A stretch of DNA of 64,000 bases from Cryobacterium sp. (GCF_025463825.1 NZ_JAODBG010000035.1:35984-99983); one strand, 5' to 3'; positions 45,831 through 57,100 are shown, counted from the stretch's first letter. The notes: generated from the letters alone by a model not told the origin. Made by a program: numbers and translations.

Positions 45831-47273
45831 CTACTGGTCGGCGTGCGCCTCGAGGAACTCGTACACCTCGGTGTCGTCGACCCCGGGGAAGGTGCCGCTG
45901 GGCAACGGGGAGAGCACGTGCGCGTGCAGCCGGGCGCTCGGCCAGGCCTTGTCATTCCAGCGGGCTGCGACCGCGCCGGACGGCCGACGGCAGCAGGATT
46001 CGTCGGGGCAGCGGGACACCGCCCGCTGGGTGGTCTCCCGGCCGCGGAACCACTTGGCCTCCGCGAACGGAGCGCCGACACTGATCGAGAACTCGCCATC
46101 CGCTGTGCTGCCGGTCTGGGTGGCGCACCAGAAGGTACCTGCCGGGGTATCGGTGTACTGGTAGAACTCGGTGGTGCGGTTGGTGTGGGTGAACGCGCTG
46201 CGGGCGCTCCACTGCTTGCAGACCAGCTGGCCCTCGATCGACCCGGTCACGTCGGCCGGCAGCGGCAGGCCGTCGTTCTCGTAGCCCTTCTGCAGGGCGC
46301 CGTCGCCGGAGACGCGCAGGAAGTGCACGGTCATGTCCAGGTGCTCCGTGGCGAGGTTGGTCAGTCGCAGCGCCGCCGCCTCGTGGGTGACCCCGAACGC
46401 GTCGCGCAGGTCTTCCACCGACAGCACCCGTTCCCGCTTGGCGGTCTGCAGGAACGTCCGGGTCGCCTCCAGCGGCATCAGGCAGCAGGCCGCGAAGTAG
46501 TTGATCTCCAACCGCTGCCAGAGGAACTCGGCGTAACTGCCGGGCCGTTCGTGCCCGAGCAGCCGGTGCCCCATCGCCTGCAGCGCCATCGACCGCAATC
46601 CGTGCCCGCCGGGGATCGACGCCGGCGGCAGGTAGATGCGGTGGTTGGCCAAATCGGTCACGGACCGGGTGGAGTGCGGCAGGTCGTTCACGTAGATCAG
46701 GGTGAAGCCGAGCTGCTCGGCCATCACGCTCACCTCGCGGTGGGTGAGCGCGCCCGACACGTGGCCGGATGCCCGCACCCGCTCCTCGGCGAGCTTCTCG
46801 ATGTCGGGCACGTAGTTGCCGCGCTCGCGCATCCGCTCGCGCAACTCGGTGTTGGCCCGGCGGGCCTCCTCGGGTGTGGCGATGGCCTCGCTGGCACGGC
46901 GGGCGAGCTCCCGGTGCAAACCGACGAGGGACTCGATCGCGGGCAGCGGGGTGCCCTTGGTGACCTTCACCTGGGGCAGGCCGAGCGCCCCGTAGAGCGG
47001 GTTCTTCTGCGCCCGGGCCAGCTCGATCTCCAGGGCTGCGCGGGTGTTGGGCGCTTCGCCGCTGAGCAGCTCGGCCAGCGGCACCCCCAGGGCCTGCGCC
47101 AGCTGCTGCAGGGTGGAGAGCTTCGGCTCGCGCCGGCCGTTCTCGATCAGCGAGAGCTGGCTGGCCGCCAGGCCCACCCGCTCGCCCAGCTGGTCGAGAG
47201 TGAGCGCACGCTCGCTGCGAAAATGACGGATGCGATGACCGAGGGTGACCAGGTCTGAGGCCGGCGTTGGCAT
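45831..47273 (-). CDS. XRE-HTH regulator of the RamB/PrpR (short-chain fatty acyl-CoA regulator) type
   Basis: N-terminal XRE HTH (LTLDQLGERVGLAASQLSLIENGRR), a degenerate ImmA/IrrE-like middle region (AMGHRLLGH, no Glu), and a Cys-rich C-terminal domain (CKQW, FWCATQTG, RCPDESCC). Confidence 0.7.
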   Translation of the reverse strand: MPTPASDLVTLGHRIRHFRSERALTLDQLGERVGLAASQLSLIENGRREPKLSTLQQLAQALGVPLAELLSGEAPNTRAALEIELARAQKNPLYGALGLPQVKVTKGTPLPAIESLVGLHRELARRASEAIATPEEARRANTELRERMRERGNYVPDIEKLAEERVRASGHVSGALTHREVSVMAEQLGFTLIYVNDLPHSTRSVTDLANHRIYLPPASIPGGHGLRSMALQAMGHRLLGHERPGSYAEFLWQRLEINYFAACCLMPLEATRTFLQTAKRERVLSVEDLRDAFGVTHEAAALRLTNLATEHLDMTVHFLRVSGDGALQKGYENDGLPLPADVTGSIEGQLVCKQWSARSAFTHTNRTTEFYQYTDTPAGTFWCATQTGSTADGEFSISVGAPFAEAKWFRGRETTQRAVSRCPDESCCRRPSGAVAARWNDKAWPSARLHAHVLSPLPSGTFPGVDDTEVYEFLEAHADQ

Positions 47274-47352
47274 TCCTTAAGCATACGTAAAGAACAGTGA
47301 TTCTTAACGGCCATTTTTTGGGATAGGGCGCGGATCCGGGGCGCATTCTTAA
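47272..47352. promoter_or_regulatory. AT-rich divergent promoter region with three ATTC(C)TTAA motifs
   Basis: ATTCCTTAA at 47272-47280 (overlaps the regulator start codon), ATTCTTAA at 47300-47307 and at 47345-47352. The last sits inside GCATTCTTAATGC. Confidence 0.35.
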
Positions 47353-47455
47353 TGCACAGGGCGAAATTAGCGCTCCTGGAGCCACATCTCAGCCCGCGGT
47401 CCGCCGCCGGGAGTATTTTCGCCAGTGCAGACCGCATCCCGAGGAAGGCCAGACA

Positions 47456-49342
47456 ATGACCGTCACCCACCCCGTTCGCCGCGCCACCCGCTCCACCGGC
47501 GCCCACGCCGCCGCCACGACGGTCCCCACCGGGTACGGTGCGCCCACCGGGTCCACCGACCCCGCCCTCCAGGCCTGGGTCGACGAGATCGCCCGCCTCA
47601 CCAAGCCCGACGCCGTGGTGTGGTGCACCGGCACCGCCCAGGAGGCCGACCGGCTGGCCAAGCAGCTCGTCACCGAGGGCAAACTGATCCGGCTCAACCC
47701 GGAATGGCGGCCGGGCAGCTACCTTGCCCGCACCAGCCCGTCCGACGTGGCCCGGGTCGAAGACCGTACCTTCATCTGCTCCACCTCCCGCGATGACGCC
47801 GGCCCCACCAACAACTGGGCCGAGCCCGCACAGATGCGCGGCGAGCTCGACGAGGTCTTCGCCGGCAGCATGCGCGGCCGCACGCTCTACGTGGTGCCGT
47901 TCTCGATGGGCCCGCTCGGCGGCCCGATTTCCCAGCTCGGCGTCGAGCTCACCGACTCGCCCTACGTCGTGCTGAACATGGGCATCATGACCCGGATGGG
48001 AACCGCCGTCCTCAAGCTGATCGAGGCCGGCACCCCGTGGGTGCGCACCGTGCACAGCGTGGGCTTCCCGCTCGTCGACGGACAGGGCGTCCGCCGGCCG
48101 GATGTCACCTGGCCCAGCAACGACACCAAGTACATCGTGCAGTTCCCCGAGGACCGCGAGGTCTGGTCGTTCGGCTCCGGCTACGGCGGCAACGCCCTGC
48201 TGTCCAAGAAGTCGTTCGCGCTGCGGATCGCCTCGGTGATGGCCCGGGACGAGGGCTGGCTGGCCGAGCACATGCTGCTGATCAAGGTCACCTCGCCGGA
48301 GGGCGGCACGTACCACGTGGCGGCCGCGTTCCCCTCGGCCTGCGGCAAGACCAACCTGTCGATGCTGCAGCCCACCATCCCCGGCTGGAGCGTGGAGACC
48401 ATCGGCGACGACATCGCCTGGCTCCGGCCCGGCGACGACGGCCGGCTGTGGGCGATCAACCCCGAGGCAGGGTTCTTCGGCGTCGCCCCCGGCACCGGCG
48501 AGACCACCAACCCCACCGCCGTGCAGACGGTGTGGGGCAACACCATCTTCACCAACGTCGCCCTGCGCGACGACGGCGACGTCTGGTGGGAGGGCCTGAC
48601 CGACACCCCGCCGGCGCACCTCACCGATTGGGAGGGCAATTCCTGGACCCCCGACAGCGGCCGGCCCGCCGCGCACCCCAACTCCCGGTTCACCGTGCCG
48701 GCGGCGCAGTGCCCGTCGATCGCCGCCAGCTGGGAAGACGTCGGCGGGGTGCCGATCGACGCCATCCTGTTCGGCGGCCGCCGTGCCACCAATGTGCCGC
48801 TGGTGGCCGAGGCCCGCAGCTGGAAGCACGGCGTGTTCATGGGCGCCACCATCTCCTCGGAGAAGACCGCCGCCGCCGAGGGCACCGTGGGGGAGCTGCG
48901 CCGGGACCCGTTCGCGATGCTGCCGTTCTGCGGCTACAACATGGCGGACTACTGGGCGCACTGGCTCCGCGTCGGCAAGGACCTGGGCACCAAGGCGCCC
49001 GCGATCTTCCAGGTCAACTGGTTCCGCAAGGGCGAGGACGGCAGCTTCCTCTGGCCCGGCTTCGGCGAGAATTCCCGCGTGCTCGAGTGGATCATCCGCC
49101 GGGTCGAAGGGTCGGCTGCCGCCGTCGACACCCCGATCGGGCGGATGCCGGTGGCGGGCGGCCTCAACGTGGCCGGCCTCGACGTGGGCGAGGACGCCCT
49201 CGAGCAACTGTTCCGCATCGACCCGGCCTCCTGGCTGGCCGAGTGCGACCTCACCGAGGAGCTCTTCGCCCGATTCGGCACCCGGGTGCCGCCGGCCCTC
49301 CGCGCCGAGCTCGCCAGCCTGCGCTACCACCTCGCCGACTAG
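47456..49342 (+). CDS. pckG: Phosphoenolpyruvate carboxykinase (GTP)
   Basis: GTP-PEPCK signatures [19 protein letters not shown] and FGGRR. 628 aa. Confidence 0.95.
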   Translation: MTVTHPVRRATRSTGAHAAATTVPTGYGAPTGSTDPALQAWVDEIARLTKPDAVVWCTGTAQEADRLAKQLVTEGKLIRLNPEWRPGSYLARTSPSDVARVEDRTFICSTSRDDAGPTNNWAEPAQMRGELDEVFAGSMRGRTLYVVPFSMGPLGGPISQLGVELTDSPYVVLNMGIMTRMGTAVLKLIEAGTPWVRTVHSVGFPLVDGQGVRRPDVTWPSNDTKYIVQFPEDREVWSFGSGYGGNALLSKKSFALRIASVMARDEGWLAEHMLLIKVTSPEGGTYHVAAAFPSACGKTNLSMLQPTIPGWSVETIGDDIAWLRPGDDGRLWAINPEAGFFGVAPGTGETTNPTAVQTVWGNTIFTNVALRDDGDVWWEGLTDTPPAHLTDWEGNSWTPDSGRPAAHPNSRFTVPAAQCPSIAASWEDVGGVPIDAILFGGRRATNVPLVAEARSWKHGVFMGATISSEKTAAAEGTVGELRRDPFAMLPFCGYNMADYWAHWLRVGKDLGTKAPAIFQVNWFRKGEDGSFLWPGFGENSRVLEWIIRRVEGSAAAVDTPIGRMPVAGGLNVAGLDVGEDALEQLFRIDPASWLAECDLTEELFARFGTRVPPALRAELASLRYHLAD

Positions 49343-49350
49343 CGCTGTCC

Positions 49351-49500
49351 GCCCGCGTAGCGGCGCCGCACCCGCGCATCCCGTCGCGCGGGTCGTGCGC
49401 CGTTACGCGGGTGGCGCGCCACCCGCGAAGTGGCGCGGCACCCGCGCAGCGCGCGCACGCTCCCTCGGCGGAGGCGCCCCGCCCGCGAAGCGGCGCGGCA
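49351..49500 (+). repeat. Three copies of CCCGCG(A/T)AG(C/T)GGCGC(G/C)GCA (family B) plus a perfect 22-bp palindrome
   Basis: Copies at about 49351, 49421 and 49481. The palindrome CGCGGGTGGCGCGCCACCCGCG lies at 49406-49427, just after the pckG stop. Confidence 0.6.
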
Positions 49501-49606
49501 GTCGACACGACGGAATAGGATTCAGTCATCCCGAGGCGAGCGATGAGGTGAATCCGTGGTTCCAGCAGGCGAACCGGGAGCGCGGCGCGGCACCAATCTG
49601 CCGCGG

Positions 49607-50806
49607 ATGGGCGATTTCAACACCGCCGTGGTCCTCGACGCTATTCGACGCTCGGCCAGCGGGCTCAGCCGGGTGGAATTGGGGCACACCACCGGCCTGT
49701 CGGCGCAGACCATCTCGAACATCTGCCGCCGATTGCTCGACCGGGACATGGTGGTCGAGGCAGGCAAGGCGGGCATCGGGCCCGGCAAGCCGCGCACACT
49801 CTTGAAGCTCAATCCCGGCGGGGTCTTCACCGTGGGAGTGCACCTCGACCCGGCGGTCATGACCTTCGCCGTTCTCGATCTGACCGGTGCCGTTGTGCAC
49901 CGCTCGTGCCGCGCGACACCGGCGGTCAGCGACCCGGATCTGCTCATCAGCCACATCTCCGAGGAGATCGAGGAACTGATCCTCGGGTCGGGGGTGGACC
50001 GAGCGAAGATCGCCGGGCTCGGCGTCGCGACGCCGGGACCGATCGATTTCGACCGGGGGACCGTGATCGATCCGCCGCACCTTCTCGGTTGGCACCTGGT
50101 TCCGCTGCGGGATGCCCTGGCCCGGGCGACGGGTCTGACGGTGTTCGTGGACAAGGACGTCACCGCGGCCGCGGTGGCGGAGATGTGGGTCGGCGGCCCA
50201 AGCGGCGTCGGTAGCTTCGTCTTCTTCTACCTCGGCACCGGAATCGGGGCCGGTCTTGTGCTTCGAGACGAGGTCGTTCGCGGGCGCTCGCACAACTCCG
50301 GTGAGATCGGCCACGTCATCGTCGACCCCTCCGGTCCGCTCTGCGGCTGCGGGTCCCGAGGGTGCATCGCCGTGACCTGCACCCCGCAGAGCATGGTTCT
50401 GGAGGCGGAGCGCGCCGGGGTCCTGCCCGGATCGAGCATCCACCCCCACGCCCACGAGACCGACGAACGGTTTTCGGCGCTGTGCACCCTGGCCGGGGAC
50501 GGCTCCGCGGCGGCGGCGGCCATCCTGGACCGCTCCGCCGGCCGGGTCGCGAAGGCGGTGTCGGTGATCACGAACCTGCTCGACGTCGACCGGGTGGTGT
50601 TCGGCGGACCGTATTGGACCCGGCTGAGCGCACTGTACCTGCGCCGGATCCCCGGCCTCCTCGACGATTTCACCGTGGCCAGGAGCATCCACCGCATCGA
50701 CGTGGTCGGCACGGGCGTCGGCGAGGACGTCGGCGCCATCGGGGCCGCCTGCCTGGTGCTCGACCACGCGCTCGCCCCCCGAGCCGCGCGTCTGATGCTC
50801 GGCTAG
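49607..50806 (+). CDS. ROK-family transcriptional regulator
   Basis: N-terminal wHTH (SRVELGHTTGLSAQTISNICRRLL) plus a ROK domain with a zinc motif (CGCGSRGCIA). ATG 49607 is an internal start of the 49556 ORF. Confidence 0.8.
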   Translation: MGDFNTAVVLDAIRRSASGLSRVELGHTTGLSAQTISNICRRLLDRDMVVEAGKAGIGPGKPRTLLKLNPGGVFTVGVHLDPAVMTFAVLDLTGAVVHRSCRATPAVSDPDLLISHISEEIEELILGSGVDRAKIAGLGVATPGPIDFDRGTVIDPPHLLGWHLVPLRDALARATGLTVFVDKDVTAAAVAEMWVGGPSGVGSFVFFYLGTGIGAGLVLRDEVVRGRSHNSGEIGHVIVDPSGPLCGCGSRGCIAVTCTPQSMVLEAERAGVLPGSSIHPHAHETDERFSALCTLAGDGSAAAAAILDRSAGRVAKAVSVITNLLDVDRVVFGGPYWTRLSALYLRRIPGLLDDFTVARSIHRIDVVGTGVGEDVGAIGAACLVLDHALAPRAARLMLG

Positions 50807-50839
50807 TTCCAGGCCGGTAACGGTACCCGCCGGCCCTTG

Positions 50840-50857
50840 TCGAATATATCCATTCGA
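50840..50857. promoter_or_regulatory. Palindrome TCGAATatatccATTCGA between the ROK regulator and the SBP gene
   Basis: Perfect 6-6-6 palindrome in an AT-rich patch, flanked by direct GCCGGTAAC repeats at 50813 and 50881. Confidence 0.4.
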
Positions 50858-50937
50858 TTTAGTATTTCGGTATGCCGCCTGCCGGTAACTGCGCCGGTCA
50901 GCGTTTTGGGGGGCACGAGCTGGAGCAAAGGAGCACC

Positions 50938-52299
50938 ATGCATCGCAACGCTAAATTAACCCTGTCCGTTGTGGCGGCAACCTCGATGGTCGCCCTTTCC
51001 GGCTGTACAGCTGCCGGGGACGACGGCGGAGGCGACAGTCAATCCCTGAAGATCGTGTACCAGAAGACCGATTCCTTCACGGCCCTGGACACCCTGTTCA
51101 CCAAGATCAAGCCGGAGTTCGAGAAGGCCAATCCGGGCGTCACCGTCGACCTCGAGCCGATCCAGGCCAACGACGACGACTACTCCACCAAGCTCGCCCT
51201 CTCGCAGAAGTCGGAGGAGACGGCACCGGATGTCTTCTACGAGGACACCTTCTGGCTGCGCTCCGACATCGATGCGGGCTACCTGCTGAACATCGACGAC
51301 CAGCTCGCCGAGTGGGATGACTGGTCCCAGTTCAACGAAGGGGCCAAGGCCGCCGGGATGGGCGATGACGGCAGCGTCTACGCCGTCCCGCTCGGCACGG
51401 ACACCCGGGCCATCTGGTACAGCAAGCCGGTCTTCGCCGCCGCGGGCATCGAGCTGCCCTGGCAGCCGACGACCTGGGACGATGTCCTGACCGCAGCGCG
51501 CGCCATCCAGGACACCCAGCCCGACGTGGTGCCGTTCAACATGTACGCGGGCAAGGGCACCGGGGAGGGCACAGTGATGCAGAGCTTCTACGAACTGCTC
51601 TACGGCACCGGCGACACCCTCTACAACGAGGACGACCAGAAATGGGTGGTCGGTTCCCAGGGGTTCAAGGACTCGCTCGAGTTCTTGGAAACCCTCTACG
51701 CGGAGAAACTCGCCCTCGACCCCTCCGAGGCGCTGGATCCCAATGTGTGGAAGAAAGTCTTCGGCGAGCTGTTCCCTCAGGCGAAGCTCGGCGGCACTGT
51801 CGAAGGGTCATACACCCCGTCGTTCTGGCAGACCGGGGGCGCCTACGAATGGCCGGCGTACACCGAGGACATGGCCGTCGCCGCGTTCCCGACCCAGAAT
51901 GGTGAGGAGCCCGGGGGCGTGAGCATGTCGGGCGGCTGGACCCTGGCCGTGGGCGCGAAGACCGCGAACGCCGACCTCGCGTTCGACTTCCTCGCCTTGG
52001 CCGTGAGCCAGGAGAACGCCCTCTGGTACGCCATCAACAACTCCCAGATCGCGGTCCGTACGGATGTCGCCAGCGAGGACACCTACCTTGCCGCAAACCC
52101 GTTCGTGGCCGACGTGACGAAGTTGGTGGATGTGACCCACTACCGGCCGGCGACGAGCGACTACTCCAAGATCTCCGCTGAAGTGCAGGCGGCCACCGAG
52201 GCCGTCATCACGGGGCAGATGAGCGTGGAAGAGGCGGCGGCCGCCTACGATACCGCCGTGGAGGGCATCGTCGGGGCCGACACGGTCACCTCGAAGTAA
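50938..52299 (+). CDS. CUT1 sugar ABC substrate-binding lipoprotein
   Basis: AAAGGAG SD, ATG 50938, lipobox ALSGCTAAG. Confidence 0.85.
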   Translation: MHRNAKLTLSVVAATSMVALSGCTAAGDDGGGDSQSLKIVYQKTDSFTALDTLFTKIKPEFEKANPGVTVDLEPIQANDDDYSTKLALSQKSEETAPDVFYEDTFWLRSDIDAGYLLNIDDQLAEWDDWSQFNEGAKAAGMGDDGSVYAVPLGTDTRAIWYSKPVFAAAGIELPWQPTTWDDVLTAARAIQDTQPDVVPFNMYAGKGTGEGTVMQSFYELLYGTGDTLYNEDDQKWVVGSQGFKDSLEFLETLYAEKLALDPSEALDPNVWKKVFGELFPQAKLGGTVEGSYTPSFWQTGGAYEWPAYTEDMAVAAFPTQNGEEPGGVSMSGGWTLAVGAKTANADLAFDFLALAVSQENALWYAINNSQIAVRTDVASEDTYLAANPFVADVTKLVDVTHYRPATSDYSKISAEVQAATEAVITGQMSVEEAAAAYDTAVEGIVGADTVTSK

Positions 52300-52302
52300 T
52301 CG

Positions 52303-53253
52303 ATGTCAGCCGACACTGTTTCCCGCCCGCCTCGAGATACCGTGACCGGGCCGGGGCCTTCGGGCCCCGGCGCCCGGGGACGGCCCAGGGGCCGCACCCT
52401 GCGACGGATGCTTCCCCTGGCGCCGGCCGTGATGCTGCTGGCGATCTTCCTGCTCGGCCCCGTCATTTGGTCGTTTTACGGTTCCTTCACCGACGCTGCC
52501 CTCAGCGGCAGCAGCGCCCAGGACCCCCAGTGGGTCGGCCTGGACAACTACCTCACCCTGTTCAAGGACCCGGTCTTCCCGCTCTCGCTGTGGCTGACCT
52601 TCGTGTTCGTGGTGGCCTCCGCGATCATCGGGCAGAACGTCCTGGGCCTGGGAATCGCCCTGCTGATGAACCGGGCCAGCACGGTGGTCAGCGCGGTGGT
52701 CGGCACCGCCGTCGTCGCGGCGTGGGTGCTGCCCGAGATCGTGGCCGCGTTCGTCGCCTACGCCTACTTCAGCAAGGACGGCACCTTGAACCAGGTGCTG
52801 GCCGCGGCGGGGATGACCGGACCCAACTGGCTGTACAGCTTCCCGATGCTCTCGATCATCCTGGCCAACGCCTGGCGGGGCACCGCGTTCTCGATGATGG
52901 TCTACCGGGCGGCCCTGAACGATGTGCCGGTGGAGGTGACGGAGGCGGCCATGATCGACGGCGCCGACGGAATCAAACGCCTCACCTGGATCACCATTCC
53001 GATGATCAAGAACAGCATCGCCACCAACCTGATGCTGATCACCCTGCAGACCCTCTCGGTGTTCACCCTGATCTGGGTGATGACCGCGGGTGGGCCCGGC
53101 AACGAGAGCACCACCCTGCCGATCATGGCGTTTCAGGAGGCGTTCAAGTTCGGGGACATCGGCTACGGCACCGCCATCGCGACGGTGATGCTGCTCATCG
53201 GGGCGGCGTTCTCCCTCGTCTACATTCGGGCGCTCCGCCCAGAGAAGGTCTGA
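52303..53253 (+). CDS. Sugar ABC transporter permease (MalF-like)
   Basis: 6 TM segments and an EAA loop (EAAMIDGADGIKRLTWITIP). Confidence 0.85.
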   Translation: MSADTVSRPPRDTVTGPGPSGPGARGRPRGRTLRRMLPLAPAVMLLAIFLLGPVIWSFYGSFTDAALSGSSAQDPQWVGLDNYLTLFKDPVFPLSLWLTFVFVVASAIIGQNVLGLGIALLMNRASTVVSAVVGTAVVAAWVLPEIVAAFVAYAYFSKDGTLNQVLAAAGMTGPNWLYSFPMLSIILANAWRGTAFSMMVYRAALNDVPVEVTEAAMIDGADGIKRLTWITIPMIKNSIATNLMLITLQTLSVFTLIWVMTAGGPGNESTTLPIMAFQEAFKFGDIGYGTAIATVMLLIGAAFSLVYIRALRPEKV

Positions 53254-53257
53254 GCCG

Positions 53258-54118
53258 ATGACCGCCACCACCTCCACACGCACCTCGGTCGCGTCGCCGC
53301 GGGAGGCAACCGCCGCGATCCTGGCCAACGTCGTGCTCGTCGTCATCGCGCTGTGCTTCCTGCTGCCGTTGGCCTGGCTGATTCTGGCCTCCCTCGACGT
53401 GAAGGCCACCTACCAAACCCAGATACCCGACCAGCTGTCCCTGGCCAACTTCGCGGCCGTCTTCAATCCAGAACTGACGTTCCGGCCGCTCTGGAACAGC
53501 CTGTTGCTCTCCGGCGGCGCCGCGGTGGTCACGGTGCTGGCCTCCGTGCTGGCCGCCTACCCGCTGTCCCGATACGCCATGCGGTTCAACAAGCCGTTCA
53601 TGTACGGCGTCCTGTTCGGCACGTGCCTGCCCATCACCGCGATCATGGTGCCGGTGTACAGCCTCTTCGTGCGGCTGAACCTGCTGGATTCGATCCCGGC
53701 GACGATCTTCTTTCTGGCCGCGACATCGCTGCCGATGGCGATCTGGATGACCAAGAACTTCATGGATTCGGTGCCGGTGAGTCTGGAGGAGGCCGCCTGG
53801 GTGGATGGGGCGTCGGCGATGAACGCGCTGCGGCGAATCGTGGTCCCGCTGATGCGGCCCGGGCTCAGTGTGGTGTTCATCTTCGTGTTCATCCAGGCGT
53901 GGGGCAACTTCTTCGTGCCGTTCGTGTTGCTGCTCTCCCCGAGCAAACAACCCGCCGCGGTGAGTATCTACAGCTTCTTCGGACAGTACGGGGCCATCGC
54001 CTACGGACAGCTCGCGGCGTTCTCCGTGCTGTATTCCGTGCCGGTGATCCTGCTCTACGTCCTGGTTTCCCGCGGCATGGGCGGGTCCTTCACCATGTCA
54101 GGCGCGATCAAGGGTTAG
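53258..54118 (+). CDS. Sugar ABC transporter permease (MalG-like)
   Basis: EAA loop (EAAWVDGASAMNALRRIVVP). 286 aa. Confidence 0.85.
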   Translation: MTATTSTRTSVASPREATAAILANVVLVVIALCFLLPLAWLILASLDVKATYQTQIPDQLSLANFAAVFNPELTFRPLWNSLLLSGGAAVVTVLASVLAAYPLSRYAMRFNKPFMYGVLFGTCLPITAIMVPVYSLFVRLNLLDSIPATIFFLAATSLPMAIWMTKNFMDSVPVSLEEAAWVDGASAMNALRRIVVPLMRPGLSVVFIFVFIQAWGNFFVPFVLLLSPSKQPAAVSIYSFFGQYGAIAYGQLAAFSVLYSVPVILLYVLVSRGMGGSFTMSGAIKG

Positions 54119-54132
54119 AAAGCGGTCCAGGA

Positions 54133-57100
54133 ATGCATGATGACAGCGCACTCGTCGAGCTGCGGATCAGCCGGTTCGTCCGCGAACGGCTGCGCCCCGC
54201 GATCAACCGGGCCACGATGCCGTTGACCCTCGAATCCTGGGATGCGCCGGGGGAGCCGGTCCCCTTCGCGGACGCGGTGGGCCAGGATTTCACCCCCTTC
54301 GGCACGGGCCGGCGCTGGGGCCGCCCGTGGGGCACCACCTGGGTGCACGTCACCGGGACGGTGCCGGCGGACTGGGTCGTTGACGACGACGTTCGGCTCG
54401 AGCTGGTGGTCGACCTCGGCTTCAGTTCGGCGACGCCGGGCTTCCAGGCGGAGGGGCTGGTCTTCGCCCCGGACGGGGTGATCCTCAAGGCCATCTCGCC
54501 CCGTAACCGGTCCGTGCCGCTGTCCGATGAGCCCGGCCAGCCGGTCGACCTCTATCTCGAGGCCGCGGCCAACCCCGACGTCACCTCCGGATTCACCTTC
54601 GTCGCCACTGACAAGGGCGACCTGGCCACCGCCGGGGACAAGAACCTGTACACGCTCCGGCGGGTCGACCTCGCGCTGCGGGACGAGACGGTGTGGCAGC
54701 TGCTGGCGGACTTCTGGACCCTCACCGGCCTGATGCGGGAGCTGCCCGCCGGCAGCATTCGGCGGGCGGACATCCTGCGCGCCCTTGAGCGCTGCATCGA
54801 CACCGTGGACCCCGACGATGTGGCCGGCACGGCCGCCCGGGGCCGGGCCGCCCTCGCGGACGTGCTCGACCGGCCCGCCAACGCCAGCGCCCACCGCCTG
54901 CACGCCGTCGGGCACGCGCACATCGACAGCGCCTGGCTCTGGCCGGTGCGGGAGACCGTGCGGAAGGTCGCCCGCACCTTCTCGAACGTGCTGGCCCTCA
55001 TCGACGCGAACCCGGACTTCGCCTTCGCCGCGTCATCCGCCCAGCAATACGCCTGGCTGAAGGAGTTCTACCCGGAATTGTTCGCTCGGGTGAAGGTGCA
55101 AATCGCGGCCGGTTCGTTCGTACCGGTCGGCGGGATGTGGGTGGAGTCGGACACCAATATGCCCGGCGGTGAGGCGCTGGTGCGGCAGTTCGTGGCCGGC
55201 AAACGGTTCTTTCTGACCGAGTTCGGCATCGAACCGCTCGAGGTGTGGCTGCCGGACTCGTTCGGCTACTCCGCGGCGCTACCGCAGATCGTCGCCCTGG
55301 CGGGGTCCAAGTGGTTCCTCACCCAGAAGACCTCCTGGAACGAGACCAACCTGATGCCGCACCACACCTTCCGCTGGGAGGGCATCGACGGCACCCGGAT
55401 CTTCACGCACTTCCCGCCCGTCGACACCTACAACGCCGAACTGTCGGGGGAGGAGCTGGCCCGCGCGGAGCGGCAGTACGCGGAGAAGGGCGCGGCGAAC
55501 ACCTCGCTGGTGCCGTTCGGCTTCGGCGACGGCGGCGGCGGCCCCACCGAGGAGATGATCGCCGCCGCCCGCCGCACCGCGTCGCTCGAGGGCTCACCGA
55601 CGGTGGAGCTCTCCACCCCGCGGCGGTTCTTCGAAACCGCGGAGGCCGAATATCCTGACCCGCCGGTCTGGTCCGGGGAGCTGTACCTCGAGTTCCACCG
55701 GGGCACCTACACCTCGCAGGCCCGCACCAAGCGGGGCAACCGGCGCAGCGAACACCTGCTGCGGGAGGCGGAGCTCTGGGCCGCAACGGCCGCGGTGCGC
55801 ACCGGCGCCGAGTACCCCTACGACCTGCTCGAGCGCACCTGGCACACGGTGCTGCTGCAGCAGTTCCACGACATCCTGCCCGGCTCGTCCATCGCCTGGG
55901 TGCACCAGGAAGCCGAGCGTAACTACGCCGCCGTGGCCGACACCCTCACCGACCTGATCGAGTCCACGGTGCGGGGACTATGCTCCGCCGGCGACGCCAC
56001 CGTGCTGCTGAACGCGGGACCGTTCGCCCTGGCCGGGGTGGCGGGGCTGGCCGGTGCGGATGCGGCGCCCCCGAACCCGGCGGCGCCGGCCGGAACCGTC
56101 ACGGTGACGCACACCCCCTCGGGGATCGTGCTCGACAACGGGCTCGTGGCCGTGACCATCGACGCGAACGGGCTGTTCAGTTCGGTGTGGGACGTGGCCG
56201 CGCACCGGGAACTGGTGCCGCTGGGCTCACCGGGCAACCTGCTGCAACTGCACCGGGACACCCCCACCCAGTGGGACGCCTGGGACATCGACGAGCACTA
56301 CAAACGCAACACCGTCGACCTGGCCGCCGCAGAGTCGGTGGAAGTGGTCCTGGACACCGCCGACCGGGCCGTGGTGCGGGTCGCCCGCGCGTTCGGGTCC
56401 TCCCGGGTGGTCGAGAACATCACCCTCCGGGCCGGCTCGCCCGCGATCGACCTGCACTTCGACCTGGACTGGCACGAACGGCAGAAGCTGCTCAAGCTAG
56501 CGTTCCCGCTCGACCTGAACGCCGACCGGGCCGCCTCCGAGATCCAGTTCGGGCACGTCTACCGGTCCACCCACACCAACACCTCCTGGGACGCCGCCCG
56601 GTTCGAAACGGTGGCGCACCGGTGGGTGCACGTGGGTGAACCCGGCTACGGGGTGGCGGTGGCCAACGACTCCACCTACGGCTACGACATCGGCCGCTCG
56701 CCCGATGGCGCCGGCCGGTCCGCAACGACGGTGCGTCTGTCCCTGCTCCGTGCGGCGGTGTTCCCCGACCCGGCCGCCGACCAGGGCCGGCATGAACTGC
56801 GGGTGTCGTTGCGGCTGGGGTCGGGCATCCCCGAGGCCGTGGCCGAGGGGTATCGGCTGAACCTGCCGGTGCGTACAGTGACCGGCGTGGCCGACCCCGT
56901 AGTCGAACCGTTGCTGCGGGTGGACAACCCGGCCGTGGTGATCGAGGCGGTCAAGCTCGCCGAGGACCGGAGCGGTGACCTGATCGTGCGGCTCTACGAG
57001 GCGCACGGCAACCGGTCGACGGCCCGGCTCATCCGGCATTTCGAAGCGACGGATGTGGTCGAAACCGACCTGCTGGAAAGAACGCTGGCCGAACCCCGGG

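Noticed and set aside
45831-47273. XRE HTH plus ImmA/IrrE-like metallopeptidase region, considered as a prophage or ICE immunity module.
   Set aside because: It is a single fused protein with a degenerate HExxH and a Cys-rich C-terminal domain, which is the RamB/PrpR architecture. There are no phage, integrase or conjugation genes nearby, and it is paired with pckG.
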